Part shown: piece by piece, positions 1-14,913 of the stretch
Numbering within the stretch: the first letter of the stretch is position 1
Layout: the number at the start of each line of letters is the position of its first letter
DNA from: the human T2T-CHM13v2.0 reference genome, Homo sapiens
Strand: one strand, 5' to 3'
DNA: 64,000 nucleotides
NCBI RefSeq assembly: GCF_009914755.1
Contig: NC_060927.1
Made by a program: the position numbers and the translations under genes
The notes under the pieces: generated by a model
Seen by the model: only the letters and a program-made list of their open reading frames with translations
The model's database searches: none
What the model was told of the DNA's origin: nothing

Positions 1-959
1 TGTTTTGGCTGAGTCCTGGAAAGCCAAGAACAATAGAGAAGGGTCCAGGTATTCTGACCACCAGGAACTCACGTATTGTTGAAAAAACTCATTGCAGTAA
101 GTAATTTTATCCAAGAGAGAGGATAAAGCCAGAGAGAGAAAAAGAGAGTGACAGAGCAAGAGTCAGAACGAGAACGGGAGACCGGGGCGGGGTGGGGAGG
201 GGGGAGGGAGGGAGAGAGAGAAAAGGAAAGAGAATATTTTGATTGCTATCCATCGGCTCCAGCCTTTCGATAAAGCTGTTGAAACAGTAGAGTCATTCCA
301 AATCACTCTGGTACATTTGTCAACTCCAAAATCACATTCCAGTAATTGATGTGAGCCCTTTCATGTGGCCGTCTGAAATATATGCTATCCGCAAGACGAT
401 TTACTATCCGAACTTAAGAGATTCGGAGCTCCACCTGCTCTGATCATTAAAGGGTTAGAAACCATGGGCTTCACCATTGACTCTCAGGCACCTCGGGGCT
501 TCCTCTTCATATTTCCTTTTATTCGCCGGTCGCTTGCCCTTGTTGGGCGCCCCACAGATGGCCAAGACGGGCCGGTCCCCGGAAGTTCCCCGTCTGATGA
601 TGCAGGGAATGACGATCCAAACAGACACCTAGAAGAGAGGATGGGGAGAGCGGGGCAGAGGGTTTTGTGGCGCGCAGGAGGGGCCCTGAGCTCGGCTTGG
701 TGAGGCTGGGGGCTAGGTCCAAGCTTTACAGATGCCAGAGGAGCTGGCAGCGTTGCAGGCTCTAGGGGCCAGTTGGAGGGCCGGGACGCAGGACCTGAGG
801 CTGGGGAGGCCTGGCTGAGCCTGTCCAGGGAGGGCCTCGAATGCCAGCTGAGTCCAGACTATACTGTGTATTATAGACCGCGTGTAGGAAACAGGTTTTA
901 GGTGATGTTTATCCATGATAAGCCAGTTGTACACAGGTGTTGGTGAGTCATTAACCACC

Positions 960-2310
960 TAGGGCAGCACTTGGTCCACCCGGACTGGCGAGTGCACACC
1001 TCCGGCTGACGCCTGCGCCACGTGCTGGGGTCGGAGGCCGAGCTCACCGGCTGGTTGCTCTTTAGAGCGGGCAGGAGCCAGGCGGGCGGCCCGCCCCTCT
1101 AGGGCGGAGACTTCCGGAGCTGCGGACTCACTGGAGCCGAGAACTGGGGCGGCGCGGCGCGGCGCGGTGCATTTCCAGGCGCTGCTCTCCGTCGCAGAGA
1201 ACCCTGAGCTCGGCGCGCCGAGAGTCCCAGCAGGGCAAGGGGGCGCGGCGTCCTGGTCCTCGAGCTTGGGAGACAGATGCGCATGGGCGTGGGGGCATGC
1301 GGACCTAAGCTCGGGTGAAGCTCTCGGGAAGGGCAAGACTGCGGCGACGAGATGCGAGCAGAGGAGCCCTGCGCCCCCGGGGCCCCCAGCGCCCTGGGAG
1401 CCCAGCGCACGCCGGGCCCCGAGCTGCGCCTGTCCAGCCAGCTGCTGCCCGAGCTCTGTACCTTCGTGGTGCGCGTGCTGTTCTACCTGGGGCCTGTCTA
1501 CCTAGCTGGCTACCTGGGGCTCAGCATAACCTGGTTGCTGCTCGGCGCCCTGCTGTGGATGTGGTGGCGCAGGAACCGCCGCGGGAAGCTTGGGCGCCTG
1601 GCCGCCGCCTTCGAATTCCTTGACAATGAACGCGAGTTCATCAGCCGCGAGCTGCGGGGCCAGCACCTGCCAGCCTGGGTGAGCCAAGCCGGGTGGGAGT
1701 GGGAGGTGGGGAGATGCCTTTCGAGGTTCGGAGGAACTTGCGGTCAGCGGGGAGCTGGTGCGCGCAAACCCGAGGCAGGGCGGGAGCCCGGCGACCTGCA
1801 CACCCCGTTCCCCACCGCTCCCGGCGCGCAGACCCTGGGGACGGTGACCGCCCCTCCCGCGGCGCGCAGCACCCTCACGTCCACCTCTGGTCCGACTGCG
1901 GTGGGAGCGGGGAACTTGGGTTTCATTTAAGGCCCCAGAGCTCGAGAGAAGAGTCACGGGCAGACCACACCCGGGAGAAAAACAAGGGCGTCTGGGACTT
2001 CGCAGACTTACTCGGGTTGGAATCAGAAGGCATTTCTTCCACCCGCCTGTTGATTCAGAGAACGAACGCCGGATGCAAAACGTAGATGGGCAAATACCGC
2101 AGTGACAGAAACGGCGGGCCCAGTTGCTTTCGGCCGAGGCCTGGACTGCGGTAGGGGGAGGGCTCCGCGGGGCTGGAGGTGGAGTGGCGGGTACGGCTGG
2201 GAGACCGACGGCGCCGGGCCCCGGGCCTCCTTCTCTCCCTCCGCCGGATAGGGATGCCGGCACACGCACACTGCCCCGACAAACCCATCTCCTGGGGCGG
2301 CATGGGCGGC
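960..2310. promoter_or_regulatory. ESYT3: CpG island / ESYT3 promoter spanning exon 1
   Basis: Very high GC and CpG density, GGGCGG GC-boxes at ~1084 and ~1102, ETS-like ACTTCCGG at ~1110; boundaries approximate. Confidence 0.85.
1352..1678 (+). CDS. ESYT3: ESYT3 exon 1 (aa 1-109, hydrophobic ER hairpin)
   Basis: gagATG start; FVVRVLFYLGPVYLAGYLGLSITWLLLGALLWMWW hydrophobic segment; donor TGG|gtgagc. Confidence 0.97.
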
Positions 2311-2706
2311 ACTACGATTCCTCAAACGCTTCTGGTCCTGGCTTACCTAACAAAACCCAAGTTCTGGGCCCCATTGCATAACTCCCAGGGTGGCACAGAG
2401 GTATCCTGGGTGATTCTTATGATTAGGTGAGCTTGGGAAACACCGGCAAGAGGGGTGTTCCGTCCAATGGTTGGTCTGCGGCAAACCCTTACTGTCTCTC
2501 CGGTGCTGGGGCTCTTCGTTTTCAGATTTCTTCCAGTTACTCTCAGGCCCACGGGGGAGGCCGCCAGACCCCTCACTGTCTCTAGCCTGTGGCCTATAAA
2601 GTCCAGCAGGGCCATAGGTTCCTCCTGACAGTAGTCTGTAAAGTGAGGTGTGAGAAAAAAATATAAGGCCCATTTAGTTTATCTTATAAGAGAAATGAAG
2701 TCTTAC

Positions 2707-3053
2707 TGTATCAGTCAGCCATAACTGAGTACAACAGGCTGCGTGGCTTAAGCAGCAGACACTTTTTTCCTTTCCTTTCTAGAGCCCCGAAGTCCAAGAT
2801 CAAGGTGTTGGCAGGGTTGGTTTCTCCTGCGGCCTCTGCTGGCTTGCAGCTGGCTGTCTTCCTACCGTCTTCACACCGTCTTCCTTCTGTGTCCTAATCT
2901 CTTCTTAGAAGGACATCAGTCATATTGGATTAAGGCTCACCCTAATGAACTCATTTTAACTTAATTACCACTTTAAAAACCCTACCTGCAAATAGAATCA
3001 CATTCTGAAGAACTGAGAATTAGCACTTCAAAGTGGGCATACACTTCATAACA
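2707..3053 (-). mobile_element. MLT1-family (ERVL-MaLR) solo LTR
   Basis: Typical motifs aagtccaagatcaaggtgttggcagggttggtttct and cagtcatattggattaagg...ccctaatgaactcattttaac. Confidence 0.75.
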
Positions 3054-6000
3054 CTTAATATTTAATGTACGATTTGATGGTAAAGCTTTGCAAATAGCTT
3101 ACATATTTGGGGGATGAGGGGCCAAAGACTCTTCCTGATAAGGGTGCACACTTTTCTACGGTAGTAGCCATAGGGGTAGCGTATGGGGCCTGACTCCCAC
3201 AGACTTTGGTCATCCTGATGGTTCTGTGGGGCTTGTGATTCTGAAAGGTGTGGACCCAGCAGGCTTGACCTGTCCACACCCCTTGCACACAGTTGAGGGA
3301 GTCCAGGCCATCTGTCAGATCTCTGTTTTGTCCCCCTTGATGGCCTTAGCCCATGAGGGTGGGCCTGCGAGTCTTCACCAAGTAACATCCCTTCTTTTCT
3401 CCCCTTCTGTATCAGGGAAGCCTCTAGACACTGAGCTATATGTAAAGGCAGTATATCCGATATTGGGTCAAAAATCAGATCGTGTAGGGGCGTGGACACC
3501 CTCCCTGCCTCTCCCCCACATACACCACAGAGACAGTTCTGGCCTCTGTTGGGGATACAGACCCCAGGAGCAATATGGACCTAGCCAACAGGGAGCTCAG
3601 CCTGAACTCAAGAAGGCACCTCCTAGGTTTTCACCCCACAACCCATATCCCAGGCTTGACCCAGCTGGGTAGAGGGACACTCAGAGGAAGGTGATGCTCT
3701 CTGTCCTACCAAGAAGGCAGTCTCGGGTGGGGGACAGATGCATAACAGGTCATTGCCATTGAGGAGAATTGGAGCCAGGAGTCGGAACAGGGTCTAGTCA
3801 GGTAGAAGGCCTGGTATGAAGGACACCCTACCAGGTTTCCATATCATATTGTCCCCGAATCACAGCCCCCTTTCTCCTTGACAAGGACCTGGGAAAGGCT
3901 GGCTTCAGCCTGCATTCTGCAGACTCGCCTGGCTGGCTTGTCTGGCCAGGTTGGAGGACCAGGGCCTGGATAACCTGTTGGATTGGGCCACTGGTGCGGC
4001 ACAGGGCATTCTGGCCGAGGGAGGTGGTGAGCACAGCATGGAGGTGTGACATAGCCACTGCATGAGGGGGCGCTGTGTGCTGGGCCTGGCTGAAGTGTGT
4101 GGTAGGGGTTGATGTGTGACAGGGTCAAGTTGAGGCAGACTTGATGGAGGCTGGCCTTGTTCTGAAGGCTGGAAGGAGCCTTGGATGCTTCTGAAAGGCC
4201 CTTCAGAAAGCAGCATGGTGGGACGAGGAAGGCTGGAGGAGACAGGCCAGTTGGGAAGGTGATTTCAGCCAAGATGGTAGTAATGAGGGAGGAGAGTGGG
4301 AGATGCGTGGGAGTGGGACTTTAGATGCGTGGTGGCCTCTAGAGTAGGGGTGCAGGGGGATCCAGGGGTCTTCAGGGTGCTTTCTGGTTTAGGGAGCTGT
4401 TGACCATTATTGCGATTGGGATTCCAGGATGAGAAACAGGTCTGGGGAGGTTGGTTGCCTGTATGAACACCTGTGAAGTGCATACAAACAGATGCAGGTG
4501 TGGGCTTTTCACCCGCCTCGTGAAGGTTTCCACGCCCAGTGATGATATGGAAAACCTGGAGTCTACCTGGTTGAATATTCTTCTCTCTGCCTCTTTAGGA
4601 ACACAAACTGTGAAGGCAAAGAGAGACAGGGCTCTGGGCGTGGTGGGGGCAGCACGGCCCCTTGCACAAGATTTTGGGCATGGATGAATGGATCTCTTCA
4701 TCATCACATGCTGACCTTTTAGCATGCCTTCCCTCTGGAGAACTGATTTCTCTGCGTGAAAGAGAGGATGATGGCTTATGACCTCCTTTGGTATCAAGAA
4801 ATATTTCTGTAAGTTAACAGATGGCAAATCAGTAGTTGGGGGACTGAAGAAAAGTTGAGCAGCTCAAGGGCACCACACTCAGACCTGCGTTGCATGTCGT
4901 GTGAGTTGGCCCTGTACTCTAGCCCCCAGTGGGGAGGGATGGATATCCGGCCACCTGCTGCTTGTCAAGCTGTATGCTGCTTAGATGGGGCACCTTTTTC
5001 TAATTTGCACCAACTCCCTGTGAAGGAGTGGAGGCCAAGGCCTGGCTGAGCTGAGGCGGGGATGCCATCCTTCCCCACTGCCATCCAAGGCAGCCATCAT
5101 CAGCCAGTCCTCAGTCATGCACGACTTTCCTGCCTGGTCTTAGACTCCTTCTCAACATTTTGCTCCAAGATGCTACCTCCAGGTGATCATAGAAATTTGC
5201 TTTCCCTGACTGAACCTGTTTCCCCACCTGTAAAAGGAGGTTGTATTGGATGGTCTTTCAGAGTCATTTTGGCCCTGATGTCTGATTTCTAGTCAAACTT
5301 CAGACAATCCTGCTTCTCCTCCAGGTCCCCAGCCATGGGAGATATAGCTGGAAGGAAGAATTCTCCTTACTAGAAGCCTTGAAGGAAGAACCTGTGGGTC
5401 CCCTTTGTCTTGTGAATGTGGCCTGACGACATGGGGAAGAAGGCAGGGTGGCCCCCGCAGCTCACCCTTGAACAGAGGGTTCAAGAGGCTGCATGTTTAC
5501 ATGCGGATGCTCCTCTCACACAGTGTTTATGTGTACTTTTGAAGGAATTAAGAGCCGCCTCAGCTGTCCTTGTCGGGTAGGGACTGTGTATAGCACAGTG
5601 ACAAGCACGGAGCCCTTGATGTTACTCATTTAATTGTAGGCCTCGGCAAGCCACAAAAGCTTTGTTGCCACACATGGTCGTGGTGAGTCGACTGTTTGAA
5701 AAGCTGCTTGCACAGAGCCAGACACAAGCGAATGCCCAGTGGGGGCTGTCCCTTTATGTTCCTCTGTTTCCCGGGCTTCCTAACTACCTTTTCCTAATAT
5801 GAAATGAATGCCCAAGTGTCCCAGTGGTAAGCTCGTCTTTCCAGCATCTGGATGACTGTCAAGGGGTGGAGCGAGTGGAAGGGACGCGCAGAGCACTTCT
5901 GTGGAACCCCCTGCACCCTGGCTTTTCCTGGAGCCTGCTCCTGTGGGTTCTCGGAGTCCCGGCTGTGCTGCCCGCGCTAGAGCTGCCTTCTGATCTTCAG

Positions 6001-9000
6001 AGCCCATCCTTCGTGCTCTGGGCTCCTAAGACCCTTCTTGGGGTAACCTTTGCTGCTTTGCTTCCCTGCCCACCTCCCTTGGTAGGGGCCCCTGCGTGGA
6101 GCTCTGCAGCCTTCACTCCTGGATTTGTGCACAGATCAGCCCTTCACTGACCCGTGAATTTCCAGTTACTCATTCAGCCATTGATCAGTGCTTCAACTGG
6201 ATGATTGGGTTGCTTATCAGATATTGATTTGCCCCTGCCATGACTGGGCCCCTGTGAGGAGGGAAGTTCAAAATCCTCACATTGCTCCAGGTTGGGGGAA
6301 TGAGAGCCGGTAGCAGGAAAATAGCCTGAGGCAGTGTAGAGAAGAGAAAGAGCTGTGAGAAAACGTGGCATTTTGTCTATCTGTGGTTTCTAGCCAGGCT
6401 GGCTCTCCTTTCAGCTGGTAGCCATCAGTTACATCAGTTGGCAGCTTTGTGAGGGGCAGTTAACTCGTGTGTGTCTGCTGGTGAGGTGGTCGTGATGTGA
6501 AGTAGTGGAAGTCATTGGAGTCATTCATGGAGGGATCTTGGGAAGCCCCTTGTCCTCTCTGGGCCTCTGATTTCTCTGAAAATCATGACATTTTAGGAGA
6601 TGTTCTATAGAGTCTTCATAGCTGTAGGGTCTGCCATCATTAACCAGTCCCGAGCCTGCTTTTCTCTGGTGACACATACCCCACAGGACCCCACTCGCCG
6701 CCTTTCATGCCTGTCCCCATCTAACTGGGTGCGCACTGGGGCTGCCGGCAGAAGCAAGCACCAGGGGAAAAAGGTGAGCCGTTCACACAAAGCGATGGGC
6801 ATTCTGAGGCGCAGAGCAGTGGTCCCTGGGATTGCTCCCTCCAAGCCTCCCTGCCAGCCACTCAGGCAGACAGCCAAGGGCTGAGTGCTTTGCTTACCTA
6901 GTGCTGAGAGCTTGACATTCTTTCTGTGGTTGGAGCAGCAGTCGTTCCAGGACCCAGGCTCTCAGGGTCTGTCCTGAGATACTTCAGTTAATTAGAGGAA
7001 GTAAATGCAGTGACAGCTCTGAGCTAGCCTGGGCACTCTCAGATTAGATCACAAAGCCTGATGCTTGGAGCCAGGGCCGTGGAACCTGATTTTAAACATC
7101 AGGACTGGTTGGGTGCTGCTTGGAATTAGGGAGACTTCTTACCCTTGAGGTCCCTGCAGCCCTGTGAAGTTATTCAAATGGCTTGGAGTCAGGCCTGTCC
7201 TCGGGAAGGAAGAGGCAGATAAATTTTTAGTCATGCCTTTGGGGTTTCTGCCCCATGTCTTAATGATGGTTCATGGACTTATCATGTCCTGGGCCAGGAT
7301 TGAGCAATATGAGTGACAGAGTATGGGCCCTCTTTCCTCCAAGCCCAACAGAGGGATCTTAGGCATACATGTGTTCATTCCTATACTCACTCAGCAAGCA
7401 TTTATCGAGAACTTGCAGTGTGTCAGGCACAGAGCTGCAGGCGGGGCAGCATGAGTACACATGGCCCCTGCCCTTGAGGAACCCATGAGCTAGATGGAGA
7501 TTCAGACCTGCAAGGGCAGCCTCTTCTGATAGAGCATGATCAGTTCTCTGAGGTGGCTCCAAGTCTGAGGCTCTGAGAAAGCATGGGTGAGGGGCTCTAT
7601 CCTTGGCTGGAAGTGGCCCAGGAAGCCTTCTTGGAGGAAGAGGCACTGTGGTATTGCTGGCTGTGGTAGGGAGTTGGGGACTCGGCCCACAGTCTTTCAC
7701 AGGTTAGGTCAGTTGAGCTCATTATTGCATCTTGGGGTGAGCAGATTCTGGGACAGCAATGTATAATACCTGCGCTCACATGAGACTGCTCACTGCTTCA
7801 TTTACAAGGGGCTGAATCTTTCTGGGCCAGGAGTGTCCAGGCAACCTTTTCTCAGCCAGGGGCCTGAGGCCCTGAGTAACTGAGAGGTCACATGGTGGAT
7901 GAGGATCAGGGCCATGAGTAGGGACAGACCCTTTTGTCCTGTGTTGCAGCCCCCTCTCCAGTGGGCAGGAAGGTGGGGAGAGATGGTCACCGGCTCCCAC
8001 TGGGTCCTGGCCCAGAGTCTTGGTGGCAGGCAGAGATGGCACTTCTGTGGGAATGTCTCTGGTGACTTTGGGGAGGGGGCTCTGGGAGGTATGAGCTGCC
8101 CCCTGAAGACCTGGGAGGGCCACAACCCAGCTACCTCAGGGAGCAGGGGCTGAGACCTGGCCTGCCTTGCTCTTTCGCCTCCCCCTCCCACTCCTCCCAG
8201 CAGAGTTCAGGGATTTCTAATTCTCTGGGAACCTGGAGCTTGTAGCACAAAAGTGCTCACATGTGCTTGAGGCAAGTGATTTCCTTTTCCTCCTCTTCCT
8301 CGACTGCAAATATTGAAGAGGGATTTAAGATGTTTTTCTGCCCCATTGAGAATTATTAAAAAGACAAAGCACCTTTTTTTTTTTAAGGTGCTGTATATTT
8401 CAAGCTAAGGATATGAGACTTGATTTCCTCAGGCCACAGAGGGATGCAGAACTCAGGTCCCATAAGCCCTATCTCTGTGGGAGGGCAGGCCGAGAAGCCC
8501 TGTGCCAGTGTCATGAGTCATGAGCCTTGGAAATCTCAGAACAAAAAGCCAAGGAAATTGTCTAGGCTATAGGATGTTTCAAGACCCCAGAATCACCCAC
8601 TCTATTCCTTTGCCCATGTTGTATTTACTTTTTAACATAACTGGTTATAAAATGTCTAAAAATGTGTTTTTTTTTTCTGGTCATGAAAGTAAACATTCTC
8701 ATTGGAGAATATTTGGAAATGGCATAAAAGTTAAAATTAGGATAAGCATTTTATAATCCCTCCACCCAGAGATACAGTATGTTTGGGTGTGCTTCCTTTA
8801 TATAGAAAATATATGAAAACAGTTTCTTAAAAACTTGTACTTTTTTCTTTTCTGATTTTTTATGTTCTTAACATTATATTACATTCTCCAAACAAACTTC
8901 TAAGGACGATCATATCCTTCATATGAATATACCACAAGTTGTGTAATTGTTTCTCTAACATTGATTATATTGGTTACTTCCAGGCTTTCCTGGTCACACG

Positions 9001-10187
9001 GCTAGCGGAGGTGGGTGGTGGTTCCTCTGTCCGCAGTTTCTCCCTCTGATCTGTGCATCTAGATTCTGTGACTCATCCTTCAAATCCAAGCTCAGGCCCC
9101 ACCCCCAGGACTCTTGTCCATGGGCTCCTACAGGGCTCTGAGCATGTGTCTGTCACTCTGCCTCCCAGACTGATTTGTAACTTACGTATTTTTATGGCTA
9201 ACTTTTCCTCCAGGCTGAAAGTTCTTTTAAGATAAGGTGTATGTCTTGTACATATCTGTAGCTTCAGCTGCTAGCTCAGTGCCCAGTTCATAGTAAGGAC
9301 TCAATAGAAATCTGCTGAATGAATGCTACAGTGAATGCCTGCCGTGTAAATCTTAGTCCACATTTCTCAATTTAATTAGTATGATTCCTAGAAGTTTATG
9401 AAGATTTTTAAAGACACTTTTGCCCATTCACTGTGGTCTTATCAGCATTGAATATTATCTTTTGGGGCCTTTGCTATTTTGATAAGCAAGAGGATAAGTT
9501 TTTTTAACTTCTAGGAATTACCAACCCTAACTGGATCATTGAACTCTCTGAACTTACTATCATCGCTTAGGTCCCCTTTAAAAAACTACTCTGTGGACAG
9601 CTCAGGGCCACCCCCCTCTGCTTTGAGCCCTTATTCCTTAGCAAAGAGTGACAGTGTTCAGTGTCAGTGTTCTCATCACTGTGACTAGTGGAATTTCATC
9701 TGCTCAGTTCTGCTGGGTTCAGCTGATTTAGGCCAGTTTGCTGGCTGCATGTGTTAAGGAGCTGTGGATTACAGAACAGTGCCAGACAGATTTTCAAGTT
9801 GGCAAAGCAATTGTTTCCGTCAAAGTACTTGAGCTGGGTAATTTAAAGCAGAAGGGTTGGAAGATTTAAAAGTAGTTTTAATGGTTAAATGTTTGCCTTC
9901 CAAGAACAGAGGAAAAAAAGGACAAAGTCTGCGCATCAGGAGAAAAGTGACATCAAAGGACCACTTGGCTTGTAAAGCAGGAACCACTGAACAGGCAGCC
10001 ACAGAGCAGCAGCTGATCTTGGGAAGACAGGAGCCAGCCTGAAGTCCAATGGCCTCCTTTTGTAGGACATCTCTGTAGGACACTCAGAATGAGTGGGTCT
10101 TCTCTCAGCAGTTAGTTAGCAGGGGTGTATTGTCTGTAAGAATGTCCTTTGGAGTAGGGAAGAGCCATGAGGCTAATTTTAGGAAAC

Positions 10188-10280
10188 TGTGTGTGTCTTT
10201 GCACATGCGTGTGAGTCTGCGGATGTGTCTGTTTAGTTTGTGTGTGTCTGCGTGTGTGTCCACACATCTGTGTTTGTGCA

Positions 10281-10322
<42 letters not shown>
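10188..10322. repeat. (TG)n microsatellite, pure core ~10284-10322 with degenerate flank
   Basis: Directly visible, ~19-20 perfect TG units. Confidence 0.95.
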
Positions 10323-10323
<1 letters not shown>

Positions 10324-11559
10324 CTACATGGCTGCTCCATGGGAGAGCTGCCACCCTGTGCGAGGGAGCTGGCAGAATTCATCGAATGACAGGGAGGCCC
10401 TTTAAGTGAGGCTCCTTAGTCCCTCCGCCTCCCAAGAGGGTCTGGTGGCCCAAGCTCTTGTCAAGGCCTCCCACCCCAACCCCAGACCCATCTGTGTGGA
10501 CCCCACCAAAACCTTGGCTCCGATGGGAGGCAGCTGTCATTCTGGCTCCATTTCCTCACTGCTGTGGAATCATTTTTCCTAGAGGGCTTAAGAAATAATG
10601 CACAGACATCACCGCCTAAATATGGATTATTGATGTGGGCCTCTTTGGTGGCCTGTCTAGCATGGAATTCTACTTAGACTTGAATTTGCTTTACCTCTTC
10701 TCTCTAAATTCTCATCACCACTACTCCCTTGAAAATGCCTAAAAACACTGTCATTAAAATATTAGATCACTTTGCCTGGAATGCGTCGGCTCAAGTACAC
10801 TAACAGCATCAAGAGGTATGTTAGTTTACGGAGGCCTCAGATGGGGAGGGTGGAGGGTTGTGAACTATTTAAACTTCTCTGACAGGTAGTGCGGGGAGGA
10901 CAGCAGACGTCGGAGATCCTGGTGACTTGACCATGTGTCTGGGCATCTTTGGAATTTTCCAGGCCTGCTTTGGGGAAATGTTCTCACCTATAATACATCA
11001 GTGAGGATAGTGTACATGTTTTATGGAGATGAAGCTTGCTAGAGAGCTGGATTTGTCTCTAACACCAAACCATCTAGAAGTCCACTGTTTCCATGGATCT
11101 GGGAGGAACAGGAATTAACAGCCCCACTTATTAATCAGCAAGAAACCTGAGGCTGAAGGGAGTTAAGACCAAAACCCTGTGTTCTAAGTCCCTGGGCGCA
11201 CTTCCTTCTCTTCCTCCTGCCTGGCTACAGAAAGCAGGTATGAGATGGGGGTGGCTCACCTTTTAGAGGGCAGAGCAGGCCCGGAGCCAGGGAAATCATA
11301 ATATTCTGTTTTTTGCCTTTTGGCTCTGGCCTCCCCTTGCTCTTTGTGGAAGAATTCCCTTTATAAAGGAGTTGAGGTCTGAAGGCTGCTATATGAATTT
11401 GGTGACACAGCAGTGTTCTCCTAGGAGTGACAGCTGGAAACCCAGGCTGTGACTTTCAAACTTAGTCAGGAACCCCCGGAGGCAGAGGAGCCACCTTCTT
11501 CCAGGGCCTGAGCAAGCCCTCCAGCCTGGGGAGCCCTGTCCACTCATTCTTCCACACCC

Positions 11560-11722
11560 TCTGCTAAGATCAGAACCACCAGGAGCTTGTTAAAGACGCA
11601 GGTTTCCAGGCTCCTGCCCCAGTCCTCTGGAATCAAAATCTCTGTGGGCCCTGACCGAGCAGCTGTACTGTAGCGAGCTCTCCAGGTGGGACTGTTGAAC
11701 ACAGAAGTCTGAGAATCGCTGC
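11560..11722. mobile_element. MER5-like hAT-Charlie MITE relic
   Basis: atcagaaccaccaggagcttgttaaa...cagg...gaatcaaaatctct...aagtctgagaatcgctg resembles MER5A. Confidence 0.55.
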
Positions 11723-13177
11723 AGAGCTCTTTGCACTGCCAGGTGGTGTGGGTGACTCCCCACTAGCTGGTCCCAGAGACTCCCAGCCTCGTGGGGAACT
11801 GCAACAAAAGCTCAGTGATTTTAGGGCTCAGTTCAGTGTGAGCCACTCATCTTATTTTTCAGCCTCTCTTTGTTTCCCTAGTGAGGAAAGACACAAGGCA
11901 GAGGCTCAGATTGGGTGCGTTTGCCAAGCTTCACTATGCAGTTGCCCCCATTGGGCAGAGTTTCACATGGGCGCCTGACAGGCATTGGGCCCAGCTCTCT
12001 GCGGCTGTCTTTATCTGAGCCACAGATCCCTGGGCCAGTCAGCGAGGCCAGGGAAACACCAACCGTGTTCCTCTTTCCATCTCAACCACTTGCACTGTGT
12101 TGTAAATCCTCCTCATTCTCTGTTCTCGCCTTGCAGTGGTGGCCAGAGGCACTAGGAAACTCAGCAGAGAATTTGCTGCGCTCTGGGTGAGGCAGAACTG
12201 GACACATAGCTCAGGTGACCTTGTTCTTGCACGTACTTGAGGTCAGAGGGGTCAGAGTGCCTGCACCTCCCAGGTCTGTACAACTTCCAGCAAAAGTTAC
12301 CACTTCCAGAACGCTTATTCTGATCCAGGAAGGATACCGAGCATCATCCATGCCTTTAGTCTTTTCAGGAACTGTGAAGTTGGCAGTATTGTACCCATCT
12401 CGCAGATGAGAAAGCTGAGGCTTAGAGAGGTGGAATTTGAAATACACAAGGAATAGGTTAGAAAAACACTAAGGAATGGACTTCAAATGCTGACATTTCA
12501 GGTGGAGGATGGGGAGGAGAGGAAATGGATGAGAAGATTTGAGGCTTAGGCTCAAATCATATGCAGGTGAGATCTGGGTTCTGATCACATGGGTAATCTT
12601 GTTTAAGTACTAACTAGTCTCTGAGTCTCCTCATTTGTAAAAGGGGAATAATGATTTATAGAGTGTTGGGAGCATCAAATGAAAGTGTTTATGGAATGCC
12701 CTTTGTAAGTCATAAGGCATGGCCTCTACCAATCAGGGCTAAAGCCCCATAAGGGCAGTTGCCTGCTAAATCCCAGACTTTGTAAAAGAGGTTTCTATAA
12801 AACCCCTACATGATGCTGTGTGAGGTTTTCTTAGGAGGAGTAGTGGACGAAGTGGAAAAGCACAGACTCTGTGGTCAGACAGACCCAGGCTTGGGTCTCC
12901 GTTCTAGCACTCCACTACTGGAGATTATAAGTCATGTAACCTCTCTGAACTTTAGTTTCCTTATCTGTAAAATGGGGCAAATAAGGGATTAGGTGAGTAT
13001 TAAATGACATGAGATGACATGAACTCAAAACGGTTGAAAATAGGATGGAAAATATGCAACTGGCCAAGTCTTGAAACAAAAGAAAGCTGAGATAGCAATT
13101 GTCATATTAGACAAAATAGAATAGAACTCAAAGACAAAGAAGGTTGTTATATGCTTGTAAAGGGCAATAATGATATA

Positions 13178-13608
<431 letters not shown>

Positions 13609-14552
13609 TTATGATAATCACAGACATATATGTATTACAGAATATAAACTTGAAATATAAATCAACCGACATGAGGAAGTAGATAAATCAACAGTTGTGC
13701 TTGGAATCTTTTAATACATCCCTTTCTGAAAATGATAAATGAAGCAGGCAAAGACTAAGCAAGGATAAAGCATATTAGAAGGACATGATTAATAACCTGA
13801 TCACACATGGAATAGTCATGGAAATTAATCATGTACTAGGCCACAAGGAATTATCAACATATTCCAGTGAATTGACAATCCTACAGACTGTTCAGGCCAC
13901 AAAGAAATAAAATTATTATTAGAAAACAGCAAAAATATATACCTATTGAAATCTCACATGTCTAGATACTTTAAAACATTACTATTTTGAAAACTCATTA
14001 AGAGGAAGTCATAATGGGAATAGAAAAATGAGAGCAGAATAGCAATTTATTGTGTCAAAAACTAGAGGATTTTATACCTTTGAATTGATTTATTACAAAA
14101 CAAAAATGGAAAATAAATGATATTCCCCAAACTCATGAAGTTCAACTCTAAAAACATAAAAGAGCCAACAGATTTAAATCAAAGAAAAAGAGTTCTGGGA
14201 GAATCAATGAACAATTAGAACTATTAACAAATTTCAGCAAAGTTGCCCAGAAAATGAAATGCCACACAGTACTCTAACAAAAAATATACAGGACTTTTAG
14301 AGAAAAAGAGTTGGAAAATTTGATCCTAAATGTGAATAGAAAATGTGAATAAATAAAGGGTGTCAATGATGTAATATTTAACCGTGTCAGCCCACAAGTT
14401 AACTTATAATTTAAAAAATATAACAATTGAAATCTCAGGAGGATTTTTTTTTTTGTAGATTGACAAGCTGATTCTAAAATTCATACAGAACAATAAATAT
14501 CTACTATTATCTAAATCAGTGTGAGAAAGAAAAAGCAAAATGGGGAATCGGC

Positions 14553-14913
<361 letters not shown>

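Noticed and set aside
1679-1930. Exon 1 ORF continuing into intron 1 (192 aa)
   Set aside because: Strong donor at 1679; stop codons are scarce in CpG islands, and I saw no nearby canonical poly(A) signal.
959-2430. Many overlapping 80-255 aa ORFs, including antisense 1502-2269
   Set aside because: Low-complexity Pro/Arg/Gly/Ala products expected from GC-rich island DNA; no recognisable domain.
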